DNA of 64,000 nt from Dehalococcoidia bacterium (GTDB taxonomy: Bacteria; Chloroflexota; Dehalococcoidia; Lucifugimonadales; UBA3495): assembly GCA_965204905.1 (NCBI GenBank), contig OZ242042.1:1538778-1602777 (forward strand), given 5' to 3'. Positions within the stretch are counted from its first letter, which is position 1; every line of letters starts with the position of its first letter. The position numbers were made by a program, and so were the translations under genes. Below, in pieces: positions 46,301 to 55,690 of the stretch. The notes under the pieces are model-generated. The model was not told the origin of the DNA, did no database searches, and worked only from the letters and a program-made list of their open reading frames with translations.

Positions 46301-47947
46301 GTGGACGGAGTTACCGCTGTAGCCAACGTACTGAAGATGGAGGGCGTGGACTGGATCGCAGTCATGCCGTCCAATCCCCTCATTGAAGCCGCCGCCATCG
46401 CCGGCATCCGTCCGGTGGTTTGCCGGCAGGAGCGCACCGGCGTCCACATGGCCGACGGATTTTCCCGGATCACCAACGGCAAGAAGACCGGAATTTTCCT
46501 GGCGCAGAACGGACCGGGCGCAGAGAACGCATTCGGCGGGGTTGCCCAAGCGTATGCCGACTCGGTGCCCATTCTGGTTCTGCCGGCCGGCGTGGCCCGA
46601 AATCGTGTCGGGGTTGAACCCAACTTCCATCCGGTTCGGGCTTACGAATCCATCACCAAGTGGTCGGCCCACGTGAACTTTGCTGACCGCGTACCCGAGC
46701 TGATGCGGCAAGCGTTCACCAAGCTGCGCTCCGGCAAGCCGGGTCCGGTGCTGCTGGAAATTCCGTCGGACCTGTCCGCCGACCAGATCAGCGAAGAGGA
46801 TTTCGACTACATCCCGCCGGTACAAATGCGCGTTGCGGCAGACCCGGCGGCGGTGACGCGAGCAGCGCGCGGGTTCCTGTCGGCGCAGCGTCCGGTGATC
46901 ATGGCGGGCCAGGGAGTGATGTACGCCGAAGCCACCGAAGAGTTGCTGGAACTGGCCGAGTTTTTGCAGATTCCAGTGCTGACCACTCTGGAGGGCAAGA
47001 GCGCTTTCCCGGAGAATCATCCGCTGTCATTGGGAGTGGGCGGGTCCAGCCAGACCGGGCCGGTGCATCGGTTCCTCAGCAACTGCGACGTTGTGTTCGG
47101 CGTGGGCGTCAGCTTCACCAAGAGCAGCTTTACCGTCCCAATCCCGGCTGGCAAAACGCTCATTCACCTCACTAATGGCGATGGCGACATCAACAAGGAC
47201 TATCGCACCGAGTATCCTATCCTGGGCGACGCCAAGCTGGCTTTGCGCCAGTTCATCGACGAATTGAAGGCGCAGGGGGCTCAGCAACGCGCTCCGAACC
47301 AGGAACTTGCCGACGAAATCACCGCCAGCCGGGAGGCTTGGATGGCCGAGTGGCTGCCCCGGCTGACCAGCGACGAGGTGCCGTTGAACCCTTACCGGGT
47401 AGTATGGGACATCATGCACACCGTTGACCTGGACAACACCATTGTCACCCACGAATCCGGCAGCCCGCGCGAACAGGTGTCGCCGTTCTGGGAAGCCCGG
47501 GCGCCGCGCAGCTTTATCGGATGGGGCAAGTCCACGCAGTTGGGTTACAGCCTTGGCTTGGCGATGGGCGCGAAGATGGCGGCTCCTGAAAAGATGGTCA
47601 TCAACTTCATGGGTGATGCCGCGTTTGGCATGGTTGGCCTGGACGTGGAAACCGCCGTTCGCGCCAACATTCCCATCACCACGGTGGTGATGAACAACTC
47701 AACCATGGCCATTTACCCCGACAGCCGAATCCCCACGGCGGTAGAACGTTACGGTCTCAAAGACCTCAGCGGCGATTTTTATCAGGTGGCCGTGGCGCTG
47801 GGCGCTTACGCTGAGCAGATCCACACCCCGGAAGAGATCAAGCCGGCCATGCAGCGCGCGATGCAGGCCAACGCCGACGGGCGGCCGGCGCTGCTGGAGT
47901 TCATCACCAAGGAAGAGGGTACTTTCTCCAAGTTCCGGTTTGACTGA
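46301..47947 (+). CDS. Thiamine diphosphate-dependent enzyme (acetolactate synthase-like family); substrate unknown
   Basis: ORF track 548 aa, GTG start after GGAGG. GPGAENAFGGVAQAYADSVPILVL (N-terminal Pyr domain) and GDAAFGMVGLDVETAVRANIPITTVVMNN (ThDP-binding GDG-x-NN motif). Confidence 0.85.
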   Translation: MDGVTAVANVLKMEGVDWIAVMPSNPLIEAAAIAGIRPVVCRQERTGVHMADGFSRITNGKKTGIFLAQNGPGAENAFGGVAQAYADSVPILVLPAGVARNRVGVEPNFHPVRAYESITKWSAHVNFADRVPELMRQAFTKLRSGKPGPVLLEIPSDLSADQISEEDFDYIPPVQMRVAADPAAVTRAARGFLSAQRPVIMAGQGVMYAEATEELLELAEFLQIPVLTTLEGKSAFPENHPLSLGVGGSSQTGPVHRFLSNCDVVFGVGVSFTKSSFTVPIPAGKTLIHLTNGDGDINKDYRTEYPILGDAKLALRQFIDELKAQGAQQRAPNQELADEITASREAWMAEWLPRLTSDEVPLNPYRVVWDIMHTVDLDNTIVTHESGSPREQVSPFWEARAPRSFIGWGKSTQLGYSLGLAMGAKMAAPEKMVINFMGDAAFGMVGLDVETAVRANIPITTVVMNNSTMAIYPDSRIPTAVERYGLKDLSGDFYQVAVALGAYAEQIHTPEEIKPAMQRAMQANADGRPALLEFITKEEGTFSKFRFD

Positions 47948-49050
47948 TGACCGGCCTGGCCATACCCGGAACGGAAAGCGAACTAACCGCTGACTGGTTG
48001 GCGCGGGCGTTGGCCGACGGCGGCGCCAGTGATTTGCCGGAAATACGGAATGCCGTTGTCGAGGAAATCGGCAGCGGCGTTGGCTTGGTGGGGAGAATCC
48101 TGCGCTGTCATCTGACGTATGCCGCCGCCGGAGGGCCGGAGACGGTCATTGTAAAGCTGCCGAGTTCGCACCCGGAGACGTTTCGGATGGCGATAGGGTT
48201 GGGCCTATACCGCAGGGAGTATGCCTTTTACCGGCAGATCGCGCCTCACATACCGCTGCGCACGCCGGCGCTGCTGTACGGCGGCTTTGATGATGCCAGC
48301 CATCGCTTTGTGCTGGTGCTGGAAGACCTGCGCGACATGGCTACGGTGGACCAGTTGGACGGGGCCAGCGCCGAGCAGGCGAAAACGGCCATCCGGGCGA
48401 TTGCCCGATTGCACGGATTTTACTGGGACAAAGTGGACCAGCCGCCCGTCGCCGGGTTTCAGACTGCCTCAGATCGCGAACGCCGGCAGATGACTCAAGC
48501 CGCTTACCAAGCCAGCCTGGGGCCGGCGCTGGAACGCTTTGGGGAGCTTTTTCCGCATCGTACCCGGCAGTTAGCCGAGGACTACGGCACGAGGCTGGCC
48601 GGCCACATGGAGGCGGTGGCTGCCGGGCCGCAGACCTTCGCCCACGGCGATTTTCGACTGGACAACATGTTCTTCGCCGGCGATGGCGGCCAGAGTGAGG
48701 AATTTGCGGCGGTTGACTGGCAGGTTTGCGGGATTGCCAGCGGCCTGCAGGATGTGGCGTATTTTCTGTCGTCCAGCGTGGCTACGGAGGTCCGCCGGCA
48801 AATCGAGCGCGAGGCGTTGGCCGAGTATCACGACGTCATACTCAGCGTGGGGGTGGAGAATTTTAGCTTTACGGAATGTTGGCGGAGCTACCGGCAAAAC
48901 ATGCTCGGTTGTCTGCGGACTCCGATCATCGCCGGCGGTCAGCTTGATTTTACCGGCGACCGCAGCCGACAACTTGCCGAAGTATTCCTAACTCGAACCC
49001 TGACCGCCATTGACGACCTGGACGCCCGCGAATTTCTGCCGGGCGGGTAA
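47947..49050 (+). CDS. Phosphotransferase family protein (APH/choline-kinase-like fold)
   Basis: ORF track 367 aa. Brenner-type motif FAHGDFRLDNMFF followed by AVDWQ. The ATG overlaps the upstream TGA (TGATG). Confidence 0.8.
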   Translation: MTGLAIPGTESELTADWLARALADGGASDLPEIRNAVVEEIGSGVGLVGRILRCHLTYAAAGGPETVIVKLPSSHPETFRMAIGLGLYRREYAFYRQIAPHIPLRTPALLYGGFDDASHRFVLVLEDLRDMATVDQLDGASAEQAKTAIRAIARLHGFYWDKVDQPPVAGFQTASDRERRQMTQAAYQASLGPALERFGELFPHRTRQLAEDYGTRLAGHMEAVAAGPQTFAHGDFRLDNMFFAGDGGQSEEFAAVDWQVCGIASGLQDVAYFLSSSVATEVRRQIEREALAEYHDVILSVGVENFSFTECWRSYRQNMLGCLRTPIIAGGQLDFTGDRSRQLAEVFLTRTLTAIDDLDAREFLPGG

Positions 49051-49116
49051 ATTGATGACAGCAGGCCGTAGCGCAATCGAGAGCAGCCACTTTAGACTGT
49101 TCGGCGACACTATTTT

Positions 49117-49992
49117 GTGCCGGAGAGGATGATGGTCATTGCCGGATCGCCCGCCGAAGCCGCTGCTCTGGATGATTTCCGCGCCTATCTCGAAGAAGTC
49201 ATCGCCGGCGTCCCAGCAGAGGTTCCCGAGATTCCCGACAATGCGGAGCCGGTGGGTTGCTCCGATGCTGAACCGGCCCGGCGTGGCCCGGAGCGTCTTT
49301 CGTACCAGCCCACCATCCGGGAAATGCCGGCGCAAGAGCGTCCACGGGAACGACTGCGGGAGCACGGCCCGCGCTACCTGAACAACGCCGAACTGGTTGC
49401 GATACTGCTGCGAACCGGCATCGCCGGGGAGAACGCAATCAACCTGGCAACGCGGGTACTGGCGGAATTTGAAGGGTTGGGAGGGCTGGCGCGGGTCGGC
49501 TATGCTGAACTGAACGGCCAGCGCGGCCTGAGCGACGCCAAGACGTGCGAGATCCTGGCGGCCCTGGAGCTGGGCCGACGCATCGCGTCGCTGGCCCCGG
49601 AAGAAAGGGCGCAGATATCGTGCCCGCAGGACGCCGCAAACCTGGTGGCGGCGGAGATGGCGCTGCTGGCGCAAGAGCACCTGGTCGTCCTGCTGATCAA
49701 TACCCGGAATATGGTAGTGGCGCGGCGGACAATCTACATCGGCACGGTTAACAGCAGCGCGGTGCGCCCGGCCGAGGTGCTGCGACCGGCAGTGCGGGAG
49801 AATGCCCCGTCGATCATTGTGGTGCACAACCACCCGTCAGGCGACCCCACGCCAAGCGCGGAGGACGTGGCGGTCACCCGCGACCTGGTTGCCGCCGGCA
49901 AATTGATGGACATTGAACTGCTGGACCACCTGATAATTGGACAGGGCGGGCGCTTCACCAGCCTGAAGGAAAAAGGGCTGGGGTTTGACTGA
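49117..49992 (+). CDS. radC: RadC-family JAB-domain protein (UPF0758) with an N-terminal extension
   Basis: ORF track 291 aa. IREMPAQERPRERL...ELVAILLRTG (HhH part) and VVHNHPSGDPTPSAEDVAVT (JAMM-like motif). The start is uncertain (GTG 49117, or ATG 49129/49132). Confidence 0.85.
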   Translation: MPERMMVIAGSPAEAAALDDFRAYLEEVIAGVPAEVPEIPDNAEPVGCSDAEPARRGPERLSYQPTIREMPAQERPRERLREHGPRYLNNAELVAILLRTGIAGENAINLATRVLAEFEGLGGLARVGYAELNGQRGLSDAKTCEILAALELGRRIASLAPEERAQISCPQDAANLVAAEMALLAQEHLVVLLINTRNMVVARRTIYIGTVNSSAVRPAEVLRPAVRENAPSIIVVHNHPSGDPTPSAEDVAVTRDLVAAGKLMDIELLDHLIIGQGGRFTSLKEKGLGFD

Positions 49993-50032
49993 CTCCGACC
50001 AACATTGACTCCGAGCGACAAGGAGACGACCT

Positions 50033-50365
50033 ATGAGCAAGTATTTTCTGGAGCCGGATGGCCGCGGCTACAAAGAGTTGGCGGAGGGCGCGCGCACCCG
50101 GACCTTCTGGGGGGCGCAGATGCTCTTCTCGCTGGTGGAAGTGGAGGCCGGCGCCCTGGTGCCGCTGCATACCCACCCGCATGAGCAGGGCGGCATCATA
50201 GTCGAGGGCGAGTTGGAAATGGGTATCGGCGGCGAGGTGAGGGTGCTCAAACCGGGGGATATGTACATCATCCCCGGCGATGTGGAGCACTATGCCAAGG
50301 GGCAGGGAACCAAAGCCGTCGCGCTGGACATATTCAGCCCGGTGCGCGAGGAGTTCAAATACTAG
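50033..50365 (+). CDS. Cupin domain-containing protein
   Basis: ORF track 110 aa. PLHTHPHEQGGIIVEGE...GDMYIIPGDVEH (two cupin motifs). AAGGAG upstream. Confidence 0.85.
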   Translation: MSKYFLEPDGRGYKELAEGARTRTFWGAQMLFSLVEVEAGALVPLHTHPHEQGGIIVEGELEMGIGGEVRVLKPGDMYIIPGDVEHYAKGQGTKAVALDIFSPVREEFKY

Positions 50366-51186
50366 GACTGGCCGTCGAAATAGTCGGCTACGGCCATAAC
50401 CAGGTTGCCCATGTGGGGGTGATCGGGTTCAACATCCACGTCAATGCCGCACTCGCGCAACTTACGGGTACACACCGGACCGACTGACGCGACGGCCACG
50501 GAGCCGGCCAGGCTGTTCCTGAGCGATCCTTCCCGGCCCGCCTGGGCGGCGATGTCCAGCAGGTTGGGCACTTGCGGCCGGCTGGTGAACGCCAAAGCAT
50601 CCACCTCGCCACGTTCCATGCGATCAATCAGTTTGAGGACCGGGGCGGTGTCATCGGGCAGGCCCCAGTCGTACAGGGTGAGTTCCCGGTGGTTCGCGCC
50701 CTGTTCGCGCAGGTAGGTGGGCAGTTCTGAGTCGGGGCCGCCGTAACGCTGGAATACGACGCTCTTGCCGGTGAGGTCCAGGCCGGCCATGGCGGCGGTC
50801 AGATCCGAGGAAGTGTAGGGTTCGGGCGGCATGATGGCGATGGGGATTTTGTGGCGTCGCAGAATTCGTCCCGGTTTGGGACTGCGGGCGACCACCGTGA
50901 TCTCCCGAAGCGCGTCCTCAAACTCAGCGAGGCGTCCCATGGCGTCGGCGATGCCCATCATGGCGTTGGCGCCGACGCCGGTGAGGAAGATGGCGGTGTC
51001 AACCCGACCTTCGCAAACGTCCGTGATGGCCTGTTGCACCTCCGGGCTGTCCTTGAGGTAATGCTCTTGCAGGACAGGCGCGCCACAGGGTACGCCACCA
51101 TGCCGGCGAATGAGGCTGGCCATTTCGTCGGGCATTCGAGCCTCGACAAAGGCCAGCACTCGTCCGTTCAGAGATGCAGAAGCCAT
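50362..51186 (-). CDS. hemD: Uroporphyrinogen-III synthase family protein
   Basis: ORF track 274 aa. Two-lobe HEM4 pattern (AIFLTGVGANAM..., ALAFTSRPQV...). Directly downstream of the siroheme-dependent reductase gene. Confidence 0.75.
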   Translation of the reverse strand: MASASLNGRVLAFVEARMPDEMASLIRRHGGVPCGAPVLQEHYLKDSPEVQQAITDVCEGRVDTAIFLTGVGANAMMGIADAMGRLAEFEDALREITVVARSPKPGRILRRHKIPIAIMPPEPYTSSDLTAAMAGLDLTGKSVVFQRYGGPDSELPTYLREQGANHRELTLYDWGLPDDTAPVLKLIDRMERGEVDALAFTSRPQVPNLLDIAAQAGREGSLRNSLAGSVAVASVGPVCTRKLRECGIDVDVEPDHPHMGNLVMAVADYFDGQS

Positions 51187-51207
51187 TGCGTTACGGCGCT
51201 CGCGTCG

Positions 51208-53043
51208 CTAGACGGCGCACTCGCCTTCGCCGCGTTCCAGCACGTACTGGTTGGTGCGTTCCCAGTCGAAGTACATCTCGCCGCCGCCCTCGGCTTCGTG
51301 GCCGATTTCCTGGGCGCGGGCTGCGACTGAGGTAAGCTCTTCCAGGCCCACGCGGTCCAGGAAATCGTTGAACCGCTCGGAGTCGTCGCTGCGGTTGTCC
51401 TTGTAGTAGGAGACGATGTCTTTCAACACCGACGGCACCAGCTTCGCGGGCACCTTGACCTTGGGGACGCGAGTGCCGATACGCGAGTCCTCAACCTGGT
51501 TGTCGCCGTAGTTGCCGCCCAGGAACAGTTCGTAGGAGGGGATCTGCTGGGCGTCAACGCCCTTGACCGCCGCGCCGTGGAAGCCGATGTTGGCGATGTG
51601 GTGCAGGCCGCAGCCGTTGGGACAGCCGCTCATCTTGATCTTGATGTCGCCGACGCCGGCGTCGTCGGCGAGACCGTTCCAGTTTGACATTTCATCGCGC
51701 AGGGCTTTGGCCAGGCCCATTGACGCGGTGATTCCCAGCTTGCAGCTGTCGGTGCCGGGGCAGGAAACCACGTTGGTGATGTGGTTGTGGCCGGCTTCGG
51801 CGAGCTCCAGTTGCCGCAACGCTTCCCAAACGTCATGCAGGTAGCCGGTGGGAACCCAGCGCAGGACGATATTCTGCTCCTGGGTGGTGCGAGCCTTGCC
51901 TCCGGTGTACTTGCGAACGATGTCGGCCAAGCCGTGGAACTGGGTCGGGTCCAGGTCGCCGCGGACGGCTTTGATGTAGATGACGTGGTAGCCTTCCTGC
52001 CGCTGGGATTCCACGTTGGAGCTGAGCCAGGCCCGGTATTCGGGGTTGGCGTCGTCGCCGTTGGTCGAGGCGGGCTGCGCGGGCGGGTCTTCGCGCTGGA
52101 TGTCCTCGGCGGCCATCAGGGGCCGGAAGTCGATGGGGCCGATGTTGGCCAGCTCGGCATCGACCATGGTGCGAAATTCGTCCAGGCCGATTTTGTCGAT
52201 CAACACCTTGAGGCGGGCCATCATGCGGTTCTTGCGGAGGATGTCGGCGTTGTTGAACACCGTCCACACCGCCAGAGCCACGCGGAGGTAGTCGTCCTCG
52301 GACACCCATTCGTAGAGGGGCTTGGCCAGCCGGGGCATGATGGACGTTCCGCCGCCGCAATAGACCTTGAAGCCCTTACGCTGCTCGCCGTCCACTTCCT
52401 GGTATTGCGAAACGAAGGTCAAGTCCTGGATCGCCGCCGCCACTTCGTCCCGCTGGTCGTTGCCGGTGAACGCAGACTTGAACTTGCGCGGGAAGCTTTG
52501 GGTGATAGGATGGCGCACGCCGAAGCGGACGTACGCGGTCAGGTAGGGCGTGGGGTCGAAAACTTCCTCCGGGCTGACGCCGGCGGTGGCGGGCCCGACC
52601 ACGTTGCGAACGGTATTACCGCAAGCTTCGCGGGTTGAGAGGCCCACCCGGCCCAGTTCGCGCAGCACTTCGGAGGTCTGCTCCAGCGGAATGTGATGCA
52701 GCTGGATGTTTTCGCGGGTGGTGATGTGCCCCTTCTTCAAGGGGGCGTATTTTTCAGAGATGTCCCCGAAGCAGTCGAGCATATCCGCGGAGATGATGCC
52801 GCCGGGCAGCTTGACCCTAATCATCTGCACATCGGCCTGCCGCTGGCCGTACACGCCCTGCCGCAGGCGGAACGGGGTGAAGACCGTGTTGTCCAGGTCG
52901 CCGGTGCGGAAGCGATCGACCTCAGCGTCGAAACGCTGAATTTCATCCTCCATGAACGGGATGATGGCACCGGCGTCCTCAGCCAGTTTGAGGCTGGATG
53001 CGTGGATGTCTTCCAGGCTGGGGGATTGAGCTTCGGTGGTCAA
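51208..53043 (-). CDS. Ferredoxin-type sulfite/nitrite reductase (siroheme and 4Fe-4S)
   Basis: ORF track 611 aa. TTG start 5 nt after GAGGAGG. Cys cluster motifs VSCPGTDSCKLG and SGCPNGCG, with duplicated NIR_SIR ferredoxin-like halves. Confidence 0.9.
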   Translation of the reverse strand: MTTEAQSPSLEDIHASSLKLAEDAGAIIPFMEDEIQRFDAEVDRFRTGDLDNTVFTPFRLRQGVYGQRQADVQMIRVKLPGGIISADMLDCFGDISEKYAPLKKGHITTRENIQLHHIPLEQTSEVLRELGRVGLSTREACGNTVRNVVGPATAGVSPEEVFDPTPYLTAYVRFGVRHPITQSFPRKFKSAFTGNDQRDEVAAAIQDLTFVSQYQEVDGEQRKGFKVYCGGGTSIMPRLAKPLYEWVSEDDYLRVALAVWTVFNNADILRKNRMMARLKVLIDKIGLDEFRTMVDAELANIGPIDFRPLMAAEDIQREDPPAQPASTNGDDANPEYRAWLSSNVESQRQEGYHVIYIKAVRGDLDPTQFHGLADIVRKYTGGKARTTQEQNIVLRWVPTGYLHDVWEALRQLELAEAGHNHITNVVSCPGTDSCKLGITASMGLAKALRDEMSNWNGLADDAGVGDIKIKMSGCPNGCGLHHIANIGFHGAAVKGVDAQQIPSYELFLGGNYGDNQVEDSRIGTRVPKVKVPAKLVPSVLKDIVSYYKDNRSDDSERFNDFLDRVGLEELTSVAARAQEIGHEAEGGGEMYFDWERTNQYVLERGEGECAV

Positions 53044-53066
53044 GGTGTCCTCCTCGATTGTGACAC

Positions 53067-53102
53067 AAAAAATCCCACCGTGCCAATGGCAAAATCGGTG
53101 GG
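53067..53102 (-). terminator. Intrinsic-terminator-like hairpin inside the sulfite reductase 5' leader (attenuator candidate)
   Basis: The reverse strand reads CCCACCG-attttgccattggca-CGGTGGG-ATTTTTT. It lies between the promoter at 53212-53240 and the RBS GAGGAGG, 24 nt before the TTG start. Confidence 0.65.
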
Positions 53103-53211
53103 AGCGGGCGGCGCCTGTATGGGTCAGATCAGGTTAATCCTGCCCCCGATGTGCGCGGACAAGAACAAGTGCAGAAGGCGACGGTTTTGCAATTACTTTG
53201 CATTTGCGAAA

Positions 53212-53240
53212 ACTATACTGCCGGGGTCGGGAATTGTCAA
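53212..53240 (-). promoter_or_regulatory. Sigma70-type promoter (TTGACA-17 nt-TATAGT) for the sulfite reductase-hemD operon
   Basis: On the reverse strand, TTGACA lies at 53240-53235 and TATAGT at 53217-53212, with a 17-nt spacer. Implies a leader of about 160 nt. Confidence 0.7.
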
Positions 53241-53265
53241 CGGTAGCGGTGGCAAATTTCCCGGA

Positions 53266-53940
53266 CTAGCGGAGGGAGCGGTTTTCGGGGCGATTGCCCA
53301 CGGTATTGCCGGTGACTAACCATAAGACGCGCTCGCCGATGTTGGTAGCCCGGTCCGCGATGCGCTCCAGATTGTGGGCCACCCACAGCAGATAGGTGGC
53401 GCGCTCTATGGTCCTGGGATCGGAGAGCATGTAGGTCAGCAATTCGCGGTAGATCTGGTTGTACAGGTCGTCAATGGCATCGTCATCGGCGCACACTTTC
53501 CGGGCCAGCCATTCGTCCCGGCTGGTGTAGGCCAGCAGGCTGTCGTCAAGCATCTTCAACGCGAGTTCAGCCATTCTCGGAATATCAATGAGCGGCTTGA
53601 CCAGAGGCTGATCGCCGATGCGGATGCAGATTTTTGCTATGCCTTCGGCGTAGTCACCCATACGCTCCAGCTCGGCGGCGATGTGTACGGCGCACAACAC
53701 GGCCCTCAAGTCGGTGGCGGCCGGCTGCTGAGTGGCCAAGAGCATGACGCACTTACTTTCGAGGGCGTCTTGCAGGCGGTCGATGTCGTCGTCGGCGTCA
53801 ATGACCTGTTGCGCCAAATCGACGTTCTGGGTTTCGAGGGCGCTGAGGGCCGACTGGGTGGCTGTTTCGACCAGGCTGCCCATTTCGGCCAGGCCGGTTT
53901 GCAAGTCAGCCAGATCGCGGTCGTAGTCGGAGCGTAGCAT
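53266..53940 (-). CDS. phoU: Phosphate signaling complex protein PhoU
   Basis: ORF track 224 aa. Duplicated PhoU repeat with ELERMGDYAEGI and NLERIADRATNI. Confidence 0.92.
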   Translation of the reverse strand: MLRSDYDRDLADLQTGLAEMGSLVETATQSALSALETQNVDLAQQVIDADDDIDRLQDALESKCVMLLATQQPAATDLRAVLCAVHIAAELERMGDYAEGIAKICIRIGDQPLVKPLIDIPRMAELALKMLDDSLLAYTSRDEWLARKVCADDDAIDDLYNQIYRELLTYMLSDPRTIERATYLLWVAHNLERIADRATNIGERVLWLVTGNTVGNRPENRSLR

Positions 53941-53995
53941 TTCGGCGCCTCCGGGTAGTTCCTGCGGCGTGTCGGGCCGGCCCCCTGGTGCGGGG

Positions 53996-54781
<786 letters not shown>

Positions 54782-54787
54782 GGCGGA

Positions 54788-55690
54788 CTACCCCCGTTGG
54801 TTCTTTTGCAGGCGATTGCGCAGGAAGATGGCAAAAGCGTTCATGCCCAGCAGCATTATCAGTAGCACGATGATGCCGGCGGCGGCAAGCTGGTGAAACT
54901 CTTCCTGCGGTTTGGAAATCCAGACGTAGATCTGAATGGGAAGCACGGTGAAACGATCAAGTGGGTGAGCGGGCGCGAAGGACACGAAGGACAGCGCGCC
55001 CATGATAACCAGCGGCGCGGCCTCGCCCATGGCGCGACTGACCGCCAGGATGATGCCCGTGAGGATGCCGGGCATGGCCTGAGGCAGCACCAGTCGCCAG
55101 ATGACCTGCCACCGGGTGGCGCCCAGGGCGTAGCCGCCCTCGCGGATGGACGACGGGACGGCGCGGATGGCCTCCTGGGACGACACGATGACCACCGGCA
55201 TGATCAGCAGGGCCAGGGTGAGGCCGGCGGCGAGGGTACTCTTGCCGAGGGCAAACAGGGCCACGAAGATGCTGAGGCCGATGATACCGTACACGATGGA
55301 CGGGACGGCGGCCAGATTCTGGATGTTGGTCTGGATCAACTCGGCTATGCGGCTGCTGCCGGAGTACTCCTCAAGATAGACTGCCGCCGAAACGCCAACG
55401 GTGAAGGACACGAACACGCAGATGGCCATAACCCATAGGGTCCCGATGATGGCCGGGAAGAGACCAGATTTGATGGCCTTGCTGGACGGCCCCTCGGTGA
55501 ACAGCGTGCCCAACGAGGTGCCCTCCAGGTTGTACCAGGCCAGAGCTTCGGAAACCACGCTATAGAGCAGCGCGACCAGCATAACGACGGCAATAACGAC
55601 GGCAGCGACGCAGACGGCGTAGAAAATCCTGGCCCTGCGCTTCCGGGCCGAAAGGCGGCGGTTGTAATCCTGTTCAAGTACGACGGCCAT
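54788..55690 (-). CDS. pstA: Phosphate ABC transporter permease PstA
   Basis: ORF track 300 aa. EAA-loop region REGGYALGATRWQVIWRLVLPQAMPGILTG. Confidence 0.9.
   Translation of the reverse strand: MAVVLEQDYNRRLSARKRRARIFYAVCVAAVVIAVVMLVALLYSVVSEALAWYNLEGTSLGTLFTEGPSSKAIKSGLFPAIIGTLWVMAICVFVSFTVGVSAAVYLEEYSGSSRIAELIQTNIQNLAAVPSIVYGIIGLSIFVALFALGKSTLAAGLTLALLIMPVVIVSSQEAIRAVPSSIREGGYALGATRWQVIWRLVLPQAMPGILTGIILAVSRAMGEAAPLVIMGALSFVSFAPAHPLDRFTVLPIQIYVWISKPQEEFHQLAAAGIIVLLIMLLGMNAFAIFLRNRLQKNQRG

Noticed and set aside
50362-50365. Convergent cupin and hemD genes whose stop codons overlap in the palindrome CTAG. Similar near-zero convergent gaps occur at 28988/28990 and 39266/39268
   Set aside because: This is real but reflects ordinary genome compaction. 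No hidden feature fits in these positions
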